Shown piece after piece: positions 42,316 to 50,402 of a stretch of DNA of 50,402 nucleotides (positions are counted from its first letter, which is position 1; each line of letters opens with the position of its first letter). Origin of the DNA: Deinococcota bacterium (GTDB lineage Bacteria; Deinococcota; Deinococci; Deinococcales; Thermaceae); NCBI GenBank assembly GCA_041695225.1, contig JBGFRI010000010.1, positions 1-50,402 on the forward strand. The letters run 5' to 3'. A model generated the notes under the pieces. That model had not been told where the DNA came from. It ran no database searches and saw only the letters and a program-made list of their open reading frames with translations. The position numbers were made by a program, and so were the translations under genes.

Positions 42316-42426
42316 AATCCCCCCAACCCCCCTTGTTAAGGGGGGCTTGGATGGGGTGCCTTATCAAGGGGGGCTTTGGCGAACCTCCCCCTTTACTGAG
42401 GGTGGTGGCTGAAGGCCGGGGGGATC
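42316..42426. repeat. C-run/G-run palindromic repeat cluster
   Basis: CCCCCTTGTTAAGGGGG, CCTTATCAAGGGGG, CCCCCTTTACTGAGGG, bounded by AATCCCCC...GGGGGATC. Confidence 0.65.
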
Positions 42427-42478
42427 GTGTGGCCCAGCCGTAGGATGCCCAATGCTGTGAGAATTTGATTCCCGGTCG

Positions 42479-42595
42479 CTAGCGTGGGGTCACGTTGAGG
42501 GACAGCCCGGCCAGGTTCCCGGTGTAGTCCACGACCCGCGTGACGCTGCCCAGAAACTCGGCCGGGTCGCCCAGCGCGCCATTCCGGTTCACATC
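42479..42595 (-). pseudogene. Orphan 3' gene remnant, 38 aa DVNRNGALGDPAEFLGSVTRVVDYTGNLAGLSLNVTPR*
   Basis: Coding-like GC3 bias, DxNxNG loop, no ATG or RBS; begins just after the sbcC stop. Confidence 0.45.
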
Positions 42596-42605
42596 TGTAC
42601 CTGGT

Positions 42606-45365
42606 TCAGTCCCTCCAGCTTACCCGGCTTCCGGCTGGTGACTTTTCTACCTGCAAGCGGGCGGGTAGCCGTTGGGCCAGGGCCTCCACGTGGGTCACAA
42701 TGCCAACCAGACGGCCCTGGGTGGGCAGGGCTTCCAGCACCCCGGCCACCTGTTCCAGGGTTTCGGCGTCCAGGGTGCCAAAGCCTTCGTCCAGGAACAG
42801 GGCCCCAATTCTGCCGCGAGAAAGGTGTTCCGAAAGAGAGAGTGCCAGCGATAGGCTGGCCATGAAAGTTTCGCCGCCCGAAAGGGTGCGTACTGGGCGC
42901 AGGGCATCGTTCCAGCGGTCGAGCACTTTGTACTCGCCCTCCTCCAGGCGCAGGCTATAACGGTTTTGTGAGAGCAAATGGATCAGCTCGGAGGCCCTAA
43001 CTAATAGGCCATACTGATAGCGCTCCAGCAAAAAGTCCTGAAAGCGGTCGCCCTTGAGGTCGCTTGCGAGTTGTTCCCAGAGGTCGATCTGTTTGTCCAG
43101 AGCAGCTTTTTCCTGCTGGACTTGGCGCTTTCGGGCAAGCTCGGTTTGCATTCGCTCCAGGTTGGCCTTTTTGCCGCCAAGCCCTTTTTTGACCGCATCC
43201 AGGGAGGTTTTGAGCTGGGCCACAAGGTTCTTTTGCTCTAAAACCTGCAAAGGACTGATGGGTTCCTGGCTGCCCAACTCTTGCTCGAGCCTCCCCAGCA
43301 GAGAGACAATTTCCACTCCATCCCGCTCGTGCTGGGCTTGTGTCTTCCGCAGGGCTTCGGCCTCTGCTGGGCTCAGGCGGGCTTTCTGGACCGATTCCTG
43401 GTTTTCGAACCGGGCCTCGGCAAGCAGGGCGTGTACCGCCGCTTCCTGGCGGGCCTGGTTGGCCTGCAACACCCGCAGCGTCTCGGTCTGGCTAAAGACT
43501 TTGCTCTGTGCTTCGGCCAGGCTGGCCTCGAGTAGGGCGATCTGCTGGGCCTGGGCTTCCAGGGCCTGGAGTTGTTTTTTCAGGCTGGCGGCATAACTTC
43601 CTGCGTCCAGACCGCCAGTTACTGAGCGAATCTCGGAGGCCAGTGCAGCAAGTCGCCGGGTGCGTTCCTCGCGCACTTTTTCCAGCGAGCCCAGCTCGCG
43701 CACCTGGGTGTGCACAGACTCCAGCTCGGCCCTGGCCTCGGCTTCTTCTTGCTGCCGCTGATTAAACTGCTCATGCAGCCTGGGCAGGCTTTCCTCGAGC
43801 TGTTTGGAGCGGTCTTGCTTGACCCTGTACTCGGTCCGGATATCCTCGAGCTCCCTGGCCCTGGCCTTCAGGGCGGCTTCCAGCGGAACCAGGTCGGGCA
43901 GCAGGTTACCGGCATGGCCGGTATGCGCGATGCGCACTCCCTGGTCGGGGGCAGGCGGCAAGTCTTCGACCAGGCAGCCGCACAGCGGGCAGGGCTCACC
44001 CAGTTTTAGCCTGCTGCGATACTGATAGATACCCTGGCGGGTTTTCTCGGCCGCCAGCGCCTGCTCGGCCTGCTCGTACTCGGCCCTGGCGGCCAGACCA
44101 GCGGCCTTGAGGCGCTCGAGTTCACCAATTAGCTCATGGCAGGTTTGCTGAGCCTGTTTATGGTCGGCCTCTATCTGCCCAAAGGCTGCTGCCGTGCGCT
44201 TATGACGTTCGGTTAGTTTGTGCAGCTCTTCAAACTGTCGCTCGGCATTGCGCAGCGCGTCCAGGTGGTCTTCGTCGAAGGGTAAGGGATCTGCATGGCG
44301 CAGGCCCAGACTTCCGCCGTAGCGTTTCAGGCGGGCCTCTTGCGCTTGCAGCAAGGGGATCTGGGACAGCCCAGTTTTGAGCGCTTCCAGCCGGCTAGGT
44401 TCAAAGCTCTGGCGCAGAGGGGAGAGATCGGCCTCGAGTTTAGCCTGCACCGACTGGTGGCGCTTCAGCGTATCCTGGGCTAGCCGGAGCTCGTTTTGCG
44501 CGGCTTGCAGGGCTTCCAGCTGGGGCCAGACCCGCTCGGCCTTCTCGGCCTGGGCTAGCTTTGCCGCAATTTCGCTGATGCGCGGCTGCTCGTTGTGCCA
44601 GCTGGCCTGGCGGCGGCGCAGCTTATTTAGCTCGTCGAACTTCTCCAGACGCTGCTCGAGGGCTCGCAAGGCTTTTTCGGCGGCCTGGTGCTGGGTGCCC
44701 AGGTCGCGCTCGCTGCGCTCGAGCTGCTCAAGCTCCTCACGCAGGGCCGAAATGCGCTCCTCATCGGCCTCGGCCAGCGCATCCAGTTCGCCCTGCAAGC
44801 GAGTGCTTTTGTCGCTCAAGAACCTGACCCTGGCCGCCACCTTTTCCCGCATGGCCTTGAGGGACTCCAGGCCATACAGCTTGATCAGGGTCTCGCGGCG
44901 CTCTTTGGGCGAGCCGCGCAAGAACAGATCGAACTGGCCCTGGGGCAGCAGGATCGCCCGGGTAAAGGTGTCGTAGTCCATGCCCAGAATTTCGCTTAGT
45001 TTGGCGTCGAGTTCCTTGACCTTTTCCGAGGCCGGGTGGGCCTTCCAATTGCTATGCTGCAGATACTCCAGGCGGTTCTGGTTCTCCTTGCCCACCACGC
45101 GCACCACCCGCCACACCTGCCCCCCCATGTCAAAGGTGAGCTCCACCTTGGCCGACTCGGCCAGGGGATGCTTGAGCTCCTTCAGACCGGTCGAACCGAT
45201 GCGCGGGGTTTCCTTGTAAAGGGCATAGGTCATGGCGTCGAGCAGGGTGCTCTTGCCTGCGCCGGTCTGCCCGGTGATGGCAAAAAGCTCCACGTCGTCA
45301 AAGGCAATTTCTTGCGGCTCGGCGTAAGCGCCGAAACCCTGGATACGCAAGCGAAGAGGTCTCAT
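42606..45365 (-). CDS. sbcC: SbcC/Rad50 SMC-like ATPase
   Basis: GQTGAGKST, LLPQGQF, zinc hook CPLCG, LSGGE, LFLDEGFGTLD, IVTH. Confidence 0.96.
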   Translation of the reverse strand: MRPLRLRIQGFGAYAEPQEIAFDDVELFAITGQTGAGKSTLLDAMTYALYKETPRIGSTGLKELKHPLAESAKVELTFDMGGQVWRVVRVVGKENQNRLEYLQHSNWKAHPASEKVKELDAKLSEILGMDYDTFTRAILLPQGQFDLFLRGSPKERRETLIKLYGLESLKAMREKVAARVRFLSDKSTRLQGELDALAEADEERISALREELEQLERSERDLGTQHQAAEKALRALEQRLEKFDELNKLRRRQASWHNEQPRISEIAAKLAQAEKAERVWPQLEALQAAQNELRLAQDTLKRHQSVQAKLEADLSPLRQSFEPSRLEALKTGLSQIPLLQAQEARLKRYGGSLGLRHADPLPFDEDHLDALRNAERQFEELHKLTERHKRTAAAFGQIEADHKQAQQTCHELIGELERLKAAGLAARAEYEQAEQALAAEKTRQGIYQYRSRLKLGEPCPLCGCLVEDLPPAPDQGVRIAHTGHAGNLLPDLVPLEAALKARARELEDIRTEYRVKQDRSKQLEESLPRLHEQFNQRQQEEAEARAELESVHTQVRELGSLEKVREERTRRLAALASEIRSVTGGLDAGSYAASLKKQLQALEAQAQQIALLEASLAEAQSKVFSQTETLRVLQANQARQEAAVHALLAEARFENQESVQKARLSPAEAEALRKTQAQHERDGVEIVSLLGRLEQELGSQEPISPLQVLEQKNLVAQLKTSLDAVKKGLGGKKANLERMQTELARKRQVQQEKAALDKQIDLWEQLASDLKGDRFQDFLLERYQYGLLVRASELIHLLSQNRYSLRLEEGEYKVLDRWNDALRPVRTLSGGETFMASLSLALSLSEHLSRGRIGALFLDEGFGTLDAETLEQVAGVLEALPTQGRLVGIVTHVEALAQRLPARLQVEKSPAGSRVSWRD
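43902..43945. repeat. Palindromic repeat unit in frame within sbcC
   Basis: CAGGTTACCGGCATGGCCGGTATGCGCGATGCGCACTCCCTGGT aligns to intergenic 24187-24231. Confidence 0.75.
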
Positions 45366-45370
45366 GTGAA

Positions 45371-45487
45371 AGTCGAGTGTCAAGTGTCAAGTGTCGAGGG
45401 TCGAGGGTCAAAAATCAGTCTCAGGTCGCAAGTCGCAGGTCAGAAGGTAGTCGAGAGTCGAGAGTCGAGAGTCGAGAGTCGAGGGGT
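45371..45487. repeat. Composite heptamer array between sbcD and sbcC
   Basis: GTCAAGT, GTCGAGG, GTCGCAG and (GTCGAGA)x4 units; shares a 28-bp block with 30473-30500. Confidence 0.9.
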
Positions 45488-45519
45488 AGAAGTGGTTTAT
45501 GAGAGCAAGAGCAGGGCGG

Positions 45520-46686
45520 TCACTGCCTGGCGTGCCCAGCTTCGGCGGAGCTAACCTCCTCGAGTACCTCCCTGAAAGCCGCCAGCAGCTCGGGGCTGGC
45601 CTGGCTGTCGGTGGCTTCCAGGCGGTACTGGGAGTAGGCTTCTACCCAGTCGAGGTTTTCCACTGCCGCCACTTCTGGCGTGGCCTGTGCTGATTCGGGG
45701 GTGTGAAACTCCACCTCGAGCAGATCGGGCATCTCTCGGAACAGACGCTCGCGCAACGCCGGAGCGCCCTGGCCTTCGATCACCACCTTGCTATAGCCAG
45801 GAAACTCGCGAATTTCGTTCCAGCGCCGATCCAGAGACTCCCGGGTCAGACGGAAGGTTTTAAGGGGTCGGCCCCAGCGCTCGTTCACAGGCAGTATCCG
45901 GGGCGAAAGCCCCGGCTCGACCTCGACGATAAGCGCCCCCCTGGGGCTATCCTCATGCTCGCCAAAGTCGAGCTGAATTAGCGAGCCCGCATACCAGGCC
46001 ACCGGGGCCTCGGCCACCTGCTGCTGGCGGTGCAGGTGGCCCAGAGCCACATAGCTTAGGGTCTGGGGGAAGTCGGAGGGCAGTATGGCGTAGCTGTTGG
46101 TGGTGTGGAAGGTAAACTCACCGCCGCCCAGCCGGCCCCCCTCCACGGTCAGGTGGGCCATCAGCAGGTTAAGGTCAGAGCCAAGGCCCAAAGCCAGGTT
46201 TTTCAGGATCAGGCCCATGCCAGCGCCATAGGTTTTCTTCCACCCCGCGCTATCCTCTTGCAGCAGGTCGCCAGCCCTGACCAGCCTCCGCTCCGATAAA
46301 AACGGCAGCAAGGCAGCTCTGGCCCCCAAAACCTCCACCACCCCGCCCTGCTCGGCAAAGCGCAGGTTGCCAAACACAGTAGCCCCGGTGAGGGAGAGCA
46401 GTGGTGCTAAGGCCTCGAGGCGCTCGCGGCTGTCGTGGTTACCGGCAATCACCAGCGCAGGCACCTTTAGCTCACGCAAGCCCACAAAAAACTCAAACGC
46501 AGCGGCCTCGGCCTCGGTAGATACAATGCTTCGGTCGAACAGGTCGCCCGCCACCAGTACCAGCTCTATTCGCTCAGAACGCACCAGCCCCAGCAGGCCC
46601 TGCAGGGCCTGGCGAACCTCGGGGGTGCGCTCCCTTCCTTTCAAGATTTTGCCCAGGTGCCAGTCTGCTGTATGCAGAATTCGCAT
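45520..46686 (-). CDS. sbcD: SbcD/Mre11 nuclease
   Basis: HTADWHLG, AGDLFD, GNHDS, LGHLH, YAGS; ATG 6 nt after TACAAT. Confidence 0.96.
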   Translation of the reverse strand: MRILHTADWHLGKILKGRERTPEVRQALQGLLGLVRSERIELVLVAGDLFDRSIVSTEAEAAAFEFFVGLRELKVPALVIAGNHDSRERLEALAPLLSLTGATVFGNLRFAEQGGVVEVLGARAALLPFLSERRLVRAGDLLQEDSAGWKKTYGAGMGLILKNLALGLGSDLNLLMAHLTVEGGRLGGGEFTFHTTNSYAILPSDFPQTLSYVALGHLHRQQQVAEAPVAWYAGSLIQLDFGEHEDSPRGALIVEVEPGLSPRILPVNERWGRPLKTFRLTRESLDRRWNEIREFPGYSKVVIEGQGAPALRERLFREMPDLLEVEFHTPESAQATPEVAAVENLDWVEAYSQYRLEATDSQASPELLAAFREVLEEVSSAEAGHARQ

Positions 46687-46706
46687 GAGGTGATTGTACT
46701 TTAGAT

Positions 46707-46797
46707 GCGGCAGGTCTGGGGTCGCAGGTCTCAAGTCGCAAGTCGCAGGACAAATGCTATCAGCTATCAGCTATTAGCTATCGGCTATCAGCTCAGG
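46707..46797. repeat. Composite heptamer array
   Basis: gtcgcag gtctcaa gtcgcaa gtcgcag gacaaat gctatca gctatca gctatta gctatcg gctatca. Confidence 0.92.
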
Positions 46798-46801
46798 GTT
46801 C

Positions 46802-47728
46802 TCAAACCACCGCCATTGGCTTCTCGGCTGGCTTCTCGGCCAGGGCAGCTTTGGCACTTTCGATGGCAACCTCGAGCATATCGTCGGTAGGCTCTTTCAC
46901 CGTGAGCATCTGGAACTTGAAGCCAATCCAGCGGAAGACCCGCGAGATGGGGTCGTGATGCGTGGCCGAGTAGCGCAAGACTTCAAACGAGACCGCGGCC
47001 ACTACAGGAATCAGCAGCAGGCGGGGAAAGAACCAGTACCAGGCCACGGTCAGGGGTGGGAAGAAACTGTAGATAAAGATGCCCACCACTGCCGTAAAGG
47101 CGATGAAGCTGGTGCCACAGCGGGGGTGGTAGGAGGGCTGGGGGCGCACGTTTTCCACTGTGAGCTCGAGGCCCTTTTCATGAGCGGTAATGGTCTTGTG
47201 CTCGGCCCCGTGGTACATGAAGAACCGCTGCATGTCCTTCATCCGACCGATAAAAACCAGGTAGCCAACCAGCACCACCAGCTCAAAAAAGGCTGCCAGC
47301 ATGTAAAAAACAAAGCGAAACCGCTCCTCATCAATCAAGAGCCCGGCCAGGCGTGCCGGAAGCCAGACAAACAGGGCCAGGCCGATCAAGAGCGAGACCG
47401 CCAGGGTTCCATACATGGCCGCGCCGGAAACCTTTTCGTCCTCTGCTCCGGCCAGCTCACCGCTGCGCGCGAGGGACTTGTAAGAGATGCTCAGGGCATC
47501 CCACAGCGCAACCGCACCGCGAATTAAGGGGAGCCTGGCCCAGGGGTACTTTTTGGTCAGGGCCATTTCCTGGTGGCGCTCCACGTGAATCTGGCCATTG
47601 GGCAGCCGCACCGCCAGCGCCCAGGCGTCGGCCGCTTTCATCATGACGCCCTCGAGGGCCGCACTGCCCCCCAAGACTGCCTGGTTAAGGAAAAACCCCA
47701 TTCTGCGAAAAACCCCCCACACGTTCAT
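46802..47728 (-). CDS. DUF1385-family membrane protein (start uncertain, 47728 or 47737)
   Basis: GGSAALEGVMM, FMYHGAEHK, HPRCGTSF, TVKEPTDDMLEVAI. Confidence 0.9.
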   Translation of the reverse strand: MNVWGVFRRMGFFLNQAVLGGSAALEGVMMKAADAWALAVRLPNGQIHVERHQEMALTKKYPWARLPLIRGAVALWDALSISYKSLARSGELAGAEDEKVSGAAMYGTLAVSLLIGLALFVWLPARLAGLLIDEERFRFVFYMLAAFFELVVLVGYLVFIGRMKDMQRFFMYHGAEHKTITAHEKGLELTVENVRPQPSYHPRCGTSFIAFTAVVGIFIYSFFPPLTVAWYWFFPRLLLIPVVAAVSFEVLRYSATHHDPISRVFRWIGFKFQMLTVKEPTDDMLEVAIESAKAALAEKPAEKPMAVV

Positions 47729-47810
47729 CCGAACCATCTTAGCCTATCGGTGCAACCAACAGGGTCTACACCAGAAAGGGTAGCTTAGTTGACGTCAACA
47801 GAGTGAAACG

Positions 47811-47903
47811 AGGGATGGGGGTGATTAATCTATCCAGCAGAGGGTCGTAAGCCCATCAGCCGCCGGGGGACCTGGATTGCTTCGCTCCGCTCGCAATGAC
47901 GGG
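47811..47903 (+). repeat. Dispersed repeat, family B, most complete copy
   Basis: GATTAATCTATCCAGCAGAGGGTCGTAAGCCCATCAGCCGCCGGGG..CTGGATTGCTTCGCTCCGCTCGCAATGAC. Confidence 0.78.
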
Positions 47904-48014
47904 CTTTTTTTGGAGTGTTTTGGCCACATTCCCGCCATACTGCGAGGAGGTTGCACACCACCTTGGGGGCGCTGTTAGCTGCTCCTACAGGGAGAGTTCT
48001 TAGACCAAAGGGCA

Positions 48015-48251
48015 TCATCCGGCCTGTTTGCTCAGGATAAAGTTAATTGCATCCTGTACAGTACGGATCTTTTCGGCATCTTCGTCGGCAATTTCCAGAC
48101 CGAACTTGTCTTCTAAACCCATGATCAGCTCTACGGTATCGAGGCTGTCTGCGCCAAGGTCTTCGATAAAGCGGGCCTCGGGTACAACTTTGTCTGCATC
48201 AACGCCTAGTTTGTCTACAATTACTTCTTTTACATCGTCCAGGATAGCCAT
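48015..48251 (-). CDS. acpP: Acyl carrier protein
   Basis: [14 protein letters not shown], 78 aa acidic. Confidence 0.98.
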   Translation of the reverse strand: MAILDDVKEVIVDKLGVDADKVVPEARFIEDLGADSLDTVELIMGLEDKFGLEIADEDAEKIRTVQDAINFILSKQAG

Positions 48252-48345
48252 GCTTCAACCTCCATCGGTAAGGGTTCGCACTACCGTGCGGGATTCTACC
48301 ACATCAAAACCTGTACTGCGGCCTAGTCTGGTTGGGATCGAGATT

Positions 48346-49083
48346 TCAATGGGGCGTCATGCCCCCGTCCACACACAGGGTCTGTCCGTTGATATAGGCT
48401 GCGTCGTCAGAAACCAGAAAGGCCACCGCCTTGGCCACTTCCTCGGGCCGGCCCAGCCGCCCCGCGGGAATTTGTTTCAGGTACTCCGCCACCACACTCT
48501 CGGGCAGTCTGGCGGTCATGTCTGACTCGATAAAACCAGGCGCAATTGCGTTGACGGTAATGCCGCGGGTGGCGTATTCCTTGGCGACCGATCTGGTAAA
48601 GCCAATCAAACCCGCCTTGGCCGCCACATAGTTGGCCTGACCGGCGTTGCCGAGAATACCCACCACACTGCTGATATTGACCACCCGGCCCCACCTGGGG
48701 CGCATCATCAGCTTGATGGCCTCGCGGGTGGTGTGGAAAATGGCGCTCAGGTTGGTCTGAATAACTAGGTCCCAGTCTTCATCCTTCATCCGGATCAGCA
48801 GGGTGTCACGAGTGATGCCGGCGTTGTTAACCAGCACCTCGAGGCCCCCCAGAGCCGTACTGGCGTCCGCCACAAGTTTCTGGGCGGCCTGTGGGCTGCT
48901 TAAGTCGGCCCCCAAGACCACTACCTGCTTAGCGCCTAGTTCCCTGGCCTCGGCAGCGGTGGCCTCGGCAGCCTCCTGGTTGCCAGCGTAGTGCACGGCC
49001 AGCGCATAGCCGCGGCGGGCCAGCTCCAGCGCGATGGCCTTTCCGATGCCACGGGACGAACCTGTTACCAGTGTTTTTCGCAT
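48346..49083 (-). CDS. fabG: 3-oxoacyl-ACP reductase
   Basis: TGSSRGIG, NNAGITRD, GQANYVAAK; ATG 49083 after GGAGG. Confidence 0.97.
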   Translation of the reverse strand: MRKTLVTGSSRGIGKAIALELARRGYALAVHYAGNQEAAEATAAEARELGAKQVVVLGADLSSPQAAQKLVADASTALGGLEVLVNNAGITRDTLLIRMKDEDWDLVIQTNLSAIFHTTREAIKLMMRPRWGRVVNISSVVGILGNAGQANYVAAKAGLIGFTRSVAKEYATRGITVNAIAPGFIESDMTARLPESVVAEYLKQIPAGRLGRPEEVAKAVAFLVSDDAAYINGQTLCVDGGMTPH

Positions 49084-49094
49084 ACTTCCTCCAG

Positions 49095-50018
49095 TCATCG
49101 GCCCTGGGCCAGTGCGGCCAGACTCTGGGCAATCTCTTGTGGGCTGGTTAGCGCGAGAGCCTCCACCCCGTCCAGGGTCCGCCCCACCAGGCCGGTCAAA
49201 ACCCTGCCCGAACCAAACTCGAGGTAGGTTTTCACCCCTTTGTCCCTAAGGTTTTGCAGAGTTTCCACCCAGCGCACCGGGTGGGTAATCTGCTGCAACA
49301 GCAGTTCCCGAATGTTGGAGGGGCGGGTCTCGGGCTGGGCCAGCACATTGGAATATACCGCAAAACGCGGGGGGTGCAGTTCTGCAACAGCAAGGTCGGC
49401 TTGCAGGCGTTCCCTGGCCGGCCACATAAGCGAGGAGTGAAACGGGGCCGAAACCGGCAGTGGCACCACCCGGGCCCTGTGACCTTTCAAGGCTTCGGTA
49501 GCCTGGGCTATCCCCTCGCTAGTGCCAGAGATGACCGTCTGTTCAGGTGAGTTGTAGTTGGCAATCTCTACCCCGGCAATGCCTGCGATAAGTTCCTGAA
49601 CAGTCTGGGCCGGCAGCTTGAGCACCGCCGCCATCGCGCCCGCCCCAACCGGCACAGCCTGCTGCATGTACTCACCGCGCTTACGCACCAGGTAGAGCCC
49701 ATCTTCCAGGCTCAGGGTGCCGGCGGCCACATGAGCCGTCCACTCGCCCAGGCTATGGCCCGCGCCAAACTGGGGGGCTTCGCCGCCTGCTTCCAGGTAG
49801 GCCACAAAAGCCCCATAGCCTACCGCCAGCAGAGCAGGCTGCTGGTTAGCAGTCAGCCTGAGCTCTTCTTCCGGGCCCTCCCACATCAGTTTCAGCAGAC
49901 CCGGCAAGGCCGCCTCGGCCCGATCCAGGGCTTCGCGGGCTGCGCGGGAACCCTCATAAAGGGCTTTGCCCATGCCAATTTCCTGCGAGCCCTGTCCGGG
50001 AAACAACGCTGCAATCAT
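49095..50018 (-). CDS. fabD: Malonyl-CoA:ACP transacylase
   Basis: LFPGQGSQ, GHSLGE, VSAPFHS, PVRW. Confidence 0.97.
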   Translation of the reverse strand: MIAALFPGQGSQEIGMGKALYEGSRAAREALDRAEAALPGLLKLMWEGPEEELRLTANQQPALLAVGYGAFVAYLEAGGEAPQFGAGHSLGEWTAHVAAGTLSLEDGLYLVRKRGEYMQQAVPVGAGAMAAVLKLPAQTVQELIAGIAGVEIANYNSPEQTVISGTSEGIAQATEALKGHRARVVPLPVSAPFHSSLMWPARERLQADLAVAELHPPRFAVYSNVLAQPETRPSNIRELLLQQITHPVRWVETLQNLRDKGVKTYLEFGSGRVLTGLVGRTLDGVEALALTSPQEIAQSLAALAQGR

Positions 50019-50097
50019 CTATAACCTCCAGTGCTTAGGGTATCTTAGACTTCGTGCAAAAGTACCGATATACCTGGGAGTTGTAGTATCTGAAGTT

Positions 50098-50290
50098 GCT
50101 ATCGGCTATTGGCTAATAGAATGTCGCAGGCCAGAAGTGGGTCGAGGGTCGAGGGTCGAGGGTCTAAAGCCAGTCTCAGGTCGCAGGTCGCAAGTCGCAT
50201 GTCTAAGGTAGAAGGTCGAAGGACGATGGTCGCGGGTCTCAGGTCACTGGTCTCAGGTCGCAGGTCAAGGACGAAGGTCGCAGGTCGAAG
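50098..50290. repeat. Composite heptamer array interrupted by the IS110 element
   Basis: GCTATCG/GCTATTG, (GTCGAGG)x3, GTCGCAG, GTCTCAG units up to 50290. Confidence 0.92.
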
Positions 50291-50402
50291 CAACCGTCTT
50301 GAATGTCAAGTAGCGGGACTGAGCACAAGAGGGTGTTGCCAGGCAGTATGGGAACGAAGCATGGCGTTTAGGATCACCAAGAGCTTGCGCATGCAGGCCA
50401 CC
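50289..50402 (-). mobile_element. Downstream end of an IS110-family element (rest outside window)
   Basis: Transposase C-terminus, then CTTGACATTCAAGACGGTTGCT ending in a CT core; no terminal inverted repeat visible. Confidence 0.8.
50306..50401 (-). CDS. IS110-family transposase/recombinase, C-terminal 31 aa (partial)
   Basis: Manual translation VACMRKLLVILNAMLRSHTAWQHPLVLSPAT*, the typical IS110 C-terminal helix A..RKLL..L.AM. Confidence 0.85.
   Translation of the reverse strand: MACMRKLLVILNAMLRSHTAWQHPLVLSPAT

Noticed and set aside
47788..47799. Perfect 12-bp palindrome GTTGACGTCAAC
   Set aside because: Single occurrence and no assignable regulator; could be chance

Overview
GC-rich bacterial chromosomal segment. 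Gene content and the tmRNA tag point to Thermales (Deinococcota), most likely a Meiothermus-like organism; this is an inference. It begins inside ssrA (tmRNA) and ends inside the 3' end of an IS110-family element. Most genes are housekeeping: VWA protein, S8 lipoprotein protease, higA with a truncated higB, ftsK, two Skp/OmpH, a small beta-barrel, pheA, a FemABX transferase, three LptC/LptA-like proteins, two 2-oxoacid dehydrogenase E1 pairs (one with E2 and E3), clpS/clpA, YyaL, YmdB, ggt, dodecin, an aldo-keto reductase, csaA, minC, rlmH, an MFS transporter, pntAAB, sbcDC, DUF1385 and fabD-fabG-acpP. The unusual signal is non-coding. About 15 intergenic gaps hold mosaic arrays of degenerate 7-nt units (GCTATCA-, GTCGCAG- and GTCGAAG-type). 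The arrays follow a recurring module order, share identical 49-52 bp blocks between distant loci, abut or supply stop codons, and sometimes form long hairpins. One marks the breakpoint of the truncated higB, and one is the insertion site of the IS110 element. Separate REP-like palindrome families occur, one apparently inserted in frame in sbcC. There are also several candidate structured RNAs and an excess of CTCGAG. All calls were made by eye; no searches or folding programs were run.
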